Positions 59,911-64,000 of a stretch of 64,000 bases of DNA are shown here, in pieces. The position numbers were made by a program, and so were the translations under genes. The number at the start of each line of letters is the position of its first letter. Positions within the stretch are counted from its first letter, which is position 1. This DNA is from Patescibacteria group bacterium (GTDB lineage: Bacteria; Patescibacteriota; Microgenomatia; UBA1406; GWC2-37-13), in assembly GCA_041660945.1 (NCBI GenBank), contig JBAZVK010000002.1, forward strand, positions 284,882-348,881. Reading direction: 5' to 3'. The notes beneath the pieces are model-generated. The model was not told the origin of the DNA. It saw nothing but the letters and a program-made list of their open reading frames with translations, and searched no databases.

Positions 59911-59918
59911 AAATTAAT

Positions 59919-59943
59919 GTCTACCGCTTATAACCTACAAAAG
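59919..59943 (-). repeat. 25-mer CTTTTGTAGGTTATAAGCGGTAGAC (minus-strand reading) upstream of Y1 transposase-like gene 2
   Basis: It matches 32145-32169 at 25 of 25 positions, in the same orientation relative to its gene. Confidence 0.85.
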
Positions 59944-59994
59944 TAGCATTTTAGACTGCTGGAAAAAGATAATTTTAACGATAGATAATATATT

Positions 59995-60492
59995 TTATAA
60001 ATCCATTGAACGTAGGCGACCCAATTGATTTAGAAGTTTGTTATAAGGAATATTAATCACTTCGGCAGTATTTAATCCAAACTCATCTTCTATAATTTTA
60101 TGTTGTCTTGCAGGAAAATCCAAAATTACGGAGTAAAGAAAATCATCAATAACGTACAATCCAATTATTCCGTTTTTGTATTCATAATCAGTGTAGGCCA
60201 TTTTGACAATGCCAACTTTTTGATAACCTTTATCCTTAAGCCATTTTAGGCCTTGATTCAGAGTCAGCAGAGGAATCTTTTGCTTAAGAACATATTTGCC
60301 ATGAGATTCTGTTAGTATATGAATTTCATTACGATTGTCGTATTGAACAAGTTTAACGACTTCGTTACTTGGTTGATGTGTATAATAATGTATTGTGTCA
60401 ACTTCTTTCCTTTTTTTTGCCCCTTTTTGATTTATTAGTTTTAATATTTTTACAAAAGAATTTACTTTATACTTTTTTTCTTGGTATTTCAT
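59995..60492 (-). CDS. Hypothetical protein (weak CYTH/CyaB-like resemblance)
   Basis: 165-aa ORF flanked by REP-like copies 2 and 3. The N-terminal YQEKKYKV and the late IIGLYVIDDF only loosely recall CYTH motifs. Confidence 0.4.
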   Translation of the reverse strand: MKYQEKKYKVNSFVKILKLINQKGAKKRKEVDTIHYYTHQPSNEVVKLVQYDNRNEIHILTESHGKYVLKQKIPLLTLNQGLKWLKDKGYQKVGIVKMAYTDYEYKNGIIGLYVIDDFLYSVILDFPARQHKIIEDEFGLNTAEVINIPYNKLLNQLGRLRSMDL

Positions 60493-60507
60493 ATAAAAAG
60501 TTTAGAC

Positions 60508-60549
60508 AAAGACAGTCTTATTAAAGACTGTCTTTATAAAGAGTGTCCC
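60508..60549 (+). repeat. REP-like hairpin repeat, copy 3 (with the same 13-nt tail as copy 1)
   Basis: AAAGACAGTCTTATTAAAGACTGTCTTTATAAAGAGTGTCC; its last base abuts the dnaE stop codon. Confidence 0.85.
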
Positions 60550-63500
60550 TAATTTTGATTTACTTTCTCAAGGTCAACTGCGTTTTCTAAAATAATGCCA
60601 ATCCTGCCTTCCCGTTCATTAACTTTTCCTTTTAACATTATTATTTTATTAATGTTCAAGAAAGATTTTAAAGCGGTGTAACTCCGGGGAAAAACTACGA
60701 CCTCAATCGTTCCGCTTTCATCAAAGATCTGGATAATGGCCATTTCCTCATTATTTTTTTTTGTTTTAACAATTTTTTTTCCGCTGATAAGTCCGGCCAA
60801 AATTATTGGTTTATTAGCATCTTGAATAGTTACCTCTCCGATCTTTTTTGTTGTTTTCTTGTCAATGATTGCCTTATATTTTGCCATGGGATTTTTCCCG
60901 ATTAAAAAACCGATAACCTCTCTTTCCATCGTGAACAAAACATCTTCATCGTATTCGGGGATAGTTTTGAAATTATCTGTTATTTTATCTTCAGCAGAAG
61001 TGGCAAAAAGATCATATTGGCCTTTTTCAGACTTTATTTTAATTCTCTGGATATCAGCAACGACAAGTGGATAATTAAATAACAAGGTGGCTTTATTGCC
61101 AAAATTAGAAAAAGCGCCAGATTTAATTAAACTTTCAACCGTTCTTTTATTAACACGTCGTAAATCAACACGGGCCAAAAAATCCTTTAACCCGTGGAAT
61201 TTTCCTTTGGCCCGTTCTTCAATGATTGAATCGATAGCGGCGGTTCCGACATTTTTTAAAGCTGAAAGTCCAAATCTAATTTCCGGACCTTCTATGGAAA
61301 AACTATAAATAGACTTATTAATATCCGGCGGCAAAACTTTTATTTCCATTCTTCGGCATTCTTCGATTGCCTGAGACATTTTGATCTCTCTCTGAGGTCC
61401 GGCCACGCCATGAAGTTCCGCTGTCAAAAGTGCCGTCATGTATTCAACAGGAAAATTAGCTTTGATATACCCGGTCCAATAAGCGATTAATCCGTAGGAA
61501 GCAGAATGAGGTTTATTAAATCCGTAGGCGGCAAATTTCTCCATAAAGTTCCATACTTTTTCAATCATGGCGGCTTTATATCCATTTTTCTCACAACCTT
61601 TAAAAAACTTTACTTTGTCTTTTTTCATCAATTCTTTTTTTTTCTTTCCCATCGCCATCCGGAGATTATCTGCTTCACTCATCGTAAACCCGGCTAATTT
61701 ATTGGCGATTTCCATTACCTGTTCCTGATAAACGAGGACGCCATAAGTTTCCTCCAGTACGGATTTAAGATCAGGGTGAGGATATTTAATTTTTTTAGCG
61801 TTTGCCTTTCCTTCCAAAAACGCCGGGATAAGGTCCATAGGTCCTGGCCGGTATAATGCCACCATAGCGGAAATGTCCGAAAGCTTGTTGGGCTTTAATT
61901 CTTTGGCTAAATGTTTCATTCCTCCAGACTCCAGTTGGAAAACCCCGACCGTATCCCCTCTTGAAATAAGTTCGTAAGTTTTTTTGTCATCAACGGGAAC
62001 CTGATGAATGTCAATTTTTTTTCCGGAATTAATTTCTACATATTTTAAGGCCTCTTCAATAATTGTTAAATTTCTCAGCCCCAGAAAATCTACTTTTAAA
62101 AGTCCAACCGCCTTTTGATTTGAAACGGCGTTCAGATCGATACAGTACATATCGTACTGGGTAATAATTTTTCCTTCCTTGTTATCTCTTTGAAGAGGAA
62201 CATATTCGGATAAATTCTTATCTGAGATTACTACTCCGGCAGCGTGAACAGAGGAGTGTCGGGGTAGGCCTTCCAGTCGCCGGGCAACGTCTAAAACCTT
62301 TTTAGTTTCCGGCTCTGTCTGGTAAGCGAATTTTAATTGAGCTGATTCTTCTAAAGCCTGGGCAATCGTCATATTAAATCCCTGTTTGCCAAAAGGAATC
62401 ATTTTTGCCAATCGGTCACCTGAAGAATAAGACATCCCAAGAGCCCGGCTGACATCACGGACAGAAAGCCTTGCCTCCATTTTTCCAAAGGTAATGATTT
62501 GAGCAACCTTATCTTCCCCGTATTTGTTGGTAACATATTTTAGGACTTCATCACGGCGGGTATCGGCAAAATCGATATCAATATCCGGAGGAGTTGGACG
62601 GTCCGGGTTTAAGAATCTTTCAAAAGGCAGGTTATGATCGATTGGATTAATATCGGTAATTCCGAGAATATAAGCGACCAGAGATCCGGCGACCGATCCC
62701 CTGCCCGGTCCGACCGCAATTCCCTGGTCTTTTGCCCAGTTGACAAAGTCTTGAACAATTAAAAAATAGGTCGAATAACCCTTGGTATTAATAATATTTA
62801 ATTCGTAAGCAATTCTTTTGTTAATCATTTCCTGATTGTAGGACGCTACCCTTTTTTTCCTTTCCTCAACCATTTGATTTAAAAATTGCGCAACGGAAAC
62901 ATTTTTTGGAGTTTCAAATTTTGGTAAGATCCATTTGCCATTTGGGATCTCGACGTTACATTTTTCAGCTATTTTTACCGTATTTTCAATCGCCTCTGGC
63001 AAATCTATGAAGATGCCTTTCATTTCGGCGGTTGATTTAAAATAATAATCAGGGACGTTGATCATAGACATCGGTCGGGTTTTTTCGACCATTGTGTGTT
63101 GGGTTTGGATGCAAAGAAGGACTTCTTGTGCATAAGCATCTTCTTTTTCTAAATAATGAACGTCATTGGTGGCAACCAAGGGGACGCCAAATTTTCTTGA
63201 AAGCCTGACCAATTCTTTGTTAACCCGTTCAAGTTCTTCGATCCCCGGATGTCTTTGAATTTCCAAATAAAAATCGTCTTTAAAAATCTTTAAGTATTTT
63301 TCTAAAACCTTTTCTGCTTCTTTTGTTTGGTTTTCTAAAATCAAAGACGGAATCTCACCGTTTAAACAGGCGGATAAAGCGATAATTCCTTCATGGTATT
63401 TTTCTAAAACTTCAAAATCAATTCTTGGTTTGTAATAAAATCCTTCGAGAAAAGCATTGGTGACTATTTTAAGAAGATTTTGATAGCCAACCAAATTTTT

Positions 63501-63776
63501 TGCCAATAGAACCAAATGATATTGGTCCCGGTCGACCCCGGGTTGTTTGTCTAACCGGGAATTTTTTGCCTTATAAGTTTCTACTCCAATAATTGGCTTA
63601 ATTCCCTTTTCTTGGGCCTTAACAAAGAATTTAAAAGCGCCGTAAAGCGCCCCATGATCGGTGATGGCGACTGCAGGCATTTTTTCCGCAATAGCTTTAT
63701 CAATAACATCATCGATCCGGCACATGCCGTCAAGAAGAGAATAACCGGTATGAACGTGTAAGTGAACGAATGACAT
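60549..63776 (-). CDS. dnaE: DNA polymerase III subunit alpha
   Basis: The PHP N-terminus FVHLHVHTGYSLLDG, the polymerase core, and an OB-fold C-terminus; 1075 aa. Confidence 0.97.
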   Translation of the reverse strand: MSFVHLHVHTGYSLLDGMCRIDDVIDKAIAEKMPAVAITDHGALYGAFKFFVKAQEKGIKPIIGVETYKAKNSRLDKQPGVDRDQYHLVLLAKNLVGYQNLLKIVTNAFLEGFYYKPRIDFEVLEKYHEGIIALSACLNGEIPSLILENQTKEAEKVLEKYLKIFKDDFYLEIQRHPGIEELERVNKELVRLSRKFGVPLVATNDVHYLEKEDAYAQEVLLCIQTQHTMVEKTRPMSMINVPDYYFKSTAEMKGIFIDLPEAIENTVKIAEKCNVEIPNGKWILPKFETPKNVSVAQFLNQMVEERKKRVASYNQEMINKRIAYELNIINTKGYSTYFLIVQDFVNWAKDQGIAVGPGRGSVAGSLVAYILGITDINPIDHNLPFERFLNPDRPTPPDIDIDFADTRRDEVLKYVTNKYGEDKVAQIITFGKMEARLSVRDVSRALGMSYSSGDRLAKMIPFGKQGFNMTIAQALEESAQLKFAYQTEPETKKVLDVARRLEGLPRHSSVHAAGVVISDKNLSEYVPLQRDNKEGKIITQYDMYCIDLNAVSNQKAVGLLKVDFLGLRNLTIIEEALKYVEINSGKKIDIHQVPVDDKKTYELISRGDTVGVFQLESGGMKHLAKELKPNKLSDISAMVALYRPGPMDLIPAFLEGKANAKKIKYPHPDLKSVLEETYGVLVYQEQVMEIANKLAGFTMSEADNLRMAMGKKKKELMKKDKVKFFKGCEKNGYKAAMIEKVWNFMEKFAAYGFNKPHSASYGLIAYWTGYIKANFPVEYMTALLTAELHGVAGPQREIKMSQAIEECRRMEIKVLPPDINKSIYSFSIEGPEIRFGLSALKNVGTAAIDSIIEERAKGKFHGLKDFLARVDLRRVNKRTVESLIKSGAFSNFGNKATLLFNYPLVVADIQRIKIKSEKGQYDLFATSAEDKITDNFKTIPEYDEDVLFTMEREVIGFLIGKNPMAKYKAIIDKKTTKKIGEVTIQDANKPIILAGLISGKKIVKTKKNNEEMAIIQIFDESGTIEVVVFPRSYTALKSFLNINKIIMLKGKVNEREGRIGIILENAVDLEKVNQN

Positions 63777-63784
63777 ATGTTTTA

Positions 63785-64000
63785 TTATAGTTTATCTATT
63801 ACCCAACTTCTTGCCTTTTCTTCCCAACTGTTGTCTATTTTTTTTAGCCTAATACCTTTTCCATACTTTCTTTCGACCGCTTTTTTTATTAAATAGTTAG
63901 CTAATTCGGGATTTTTAGGAAGGATTGGACCGTGCAGATAAGTTCCGAAACTATTTTTAAAGTAAATCCCTTCGGTTTGATCTTCCCCGTTGTTTCCATA
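63785..64000 (-). CDS. CobQ/GatD-like glutamine amidotransferase, C-terminal fragment (5' end outside the window)
   Basis: The frame is open on the minus strand to the window edge. …FGTYLHGPILPKNPELANYLIKKAV… resembles lipid II isoglutaminyl synthase GatD. The stop is at 63785-63787. Confidence 0.5.
   Translation of the reverse strand, partial: YGNNGEDQTEGIYFKNSFGTYLHGPILPKNPELANYLIKKAVERKYGKGIRLKKIDNSWEEKARSWVIDKL

Noticed and set aside
59995-60492. Confident CYTH/class IV adenylate cyclase assignment
   Set aside because: The diagnostic N-terminal ExExK is not intact (YQEKK) and the similarity is only impressionistic. It is left as hypothetical.

Overview
All homology calls here come from reading motifs in the ORF translations, and all RNA calls from folding by eye. 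No database or covariance-model search was run.

The window is a 64 kb AT-rich, gene-dense stretch of bacterial chromosome. It reads in the standard code: TGA is used as a stop at 436-438, 5666-5668 and 31111-31113. Many proteins are short or lack domains, which suggests a streamlined Patescibacteria/CPR-like genome. That taxonomic call is an inference.

Most of the content is housekeeping:
- An activated-methyl-cycle cluster (adenosine kinase-like PfkB, ahcY, metK), with a SAM-I-clan riboswitch in front of metK.
- lepA.
- A riboflavin salvage module: an FMN riboswitch in front of an EamA permease, divergent from a riboflavin kinase.
- miaA and folD.
- gyrB and gyrA, separated by a membrane pyrophosphatase.
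- rplJ-rplL, rpmE, an N-terminally truncated RF1, hisS.
- A ctp/PDZ operon, rpsF-ssb-rpsR, a GT39 glycosyltransferase, cysS, rnj, recR, prs, ybaB, dnaX, rpsU, proS, rseP, frr-tsf-rpsB, galU, tmk.
- A membrane-anchored Clp/Hsp100-like ATPase and two tandem ATP-grasp ligases.
- A complete F-type ATP synthase operon, dnaE, and a partial gatD-like gene at the 3' edge.
- Three tRNAs: Pro-CGG, Val-TAC and Ile-GAT.
- No rRNA and no CRISPR array.

The points most worth a second look:
1. A roughly 60-nt heptamer-repeat element occurs once intergenically and in frame inside the GT39 gene, which also holds a second heptamer array and GC-rich palindromes.
2. REP-like hairpin repeats bracket a Y1 (IS200/RAYT-like) transposase gene and a neighbouring cassette. 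An identical 25-mer lies upstream of two divergent Y1 transposase paralogues 27 kb apart.
3. Two unrelated intergenic spacers, rnj-recR and atpD-atpC, are homologous from stop codon to start codon.
4. The two riboswitches.
5. Several degenerate or truncated core proteins: RF1, the ATP synthase delta subunit, a YbeY-like protein and a P-loop-less kinase paralogue.
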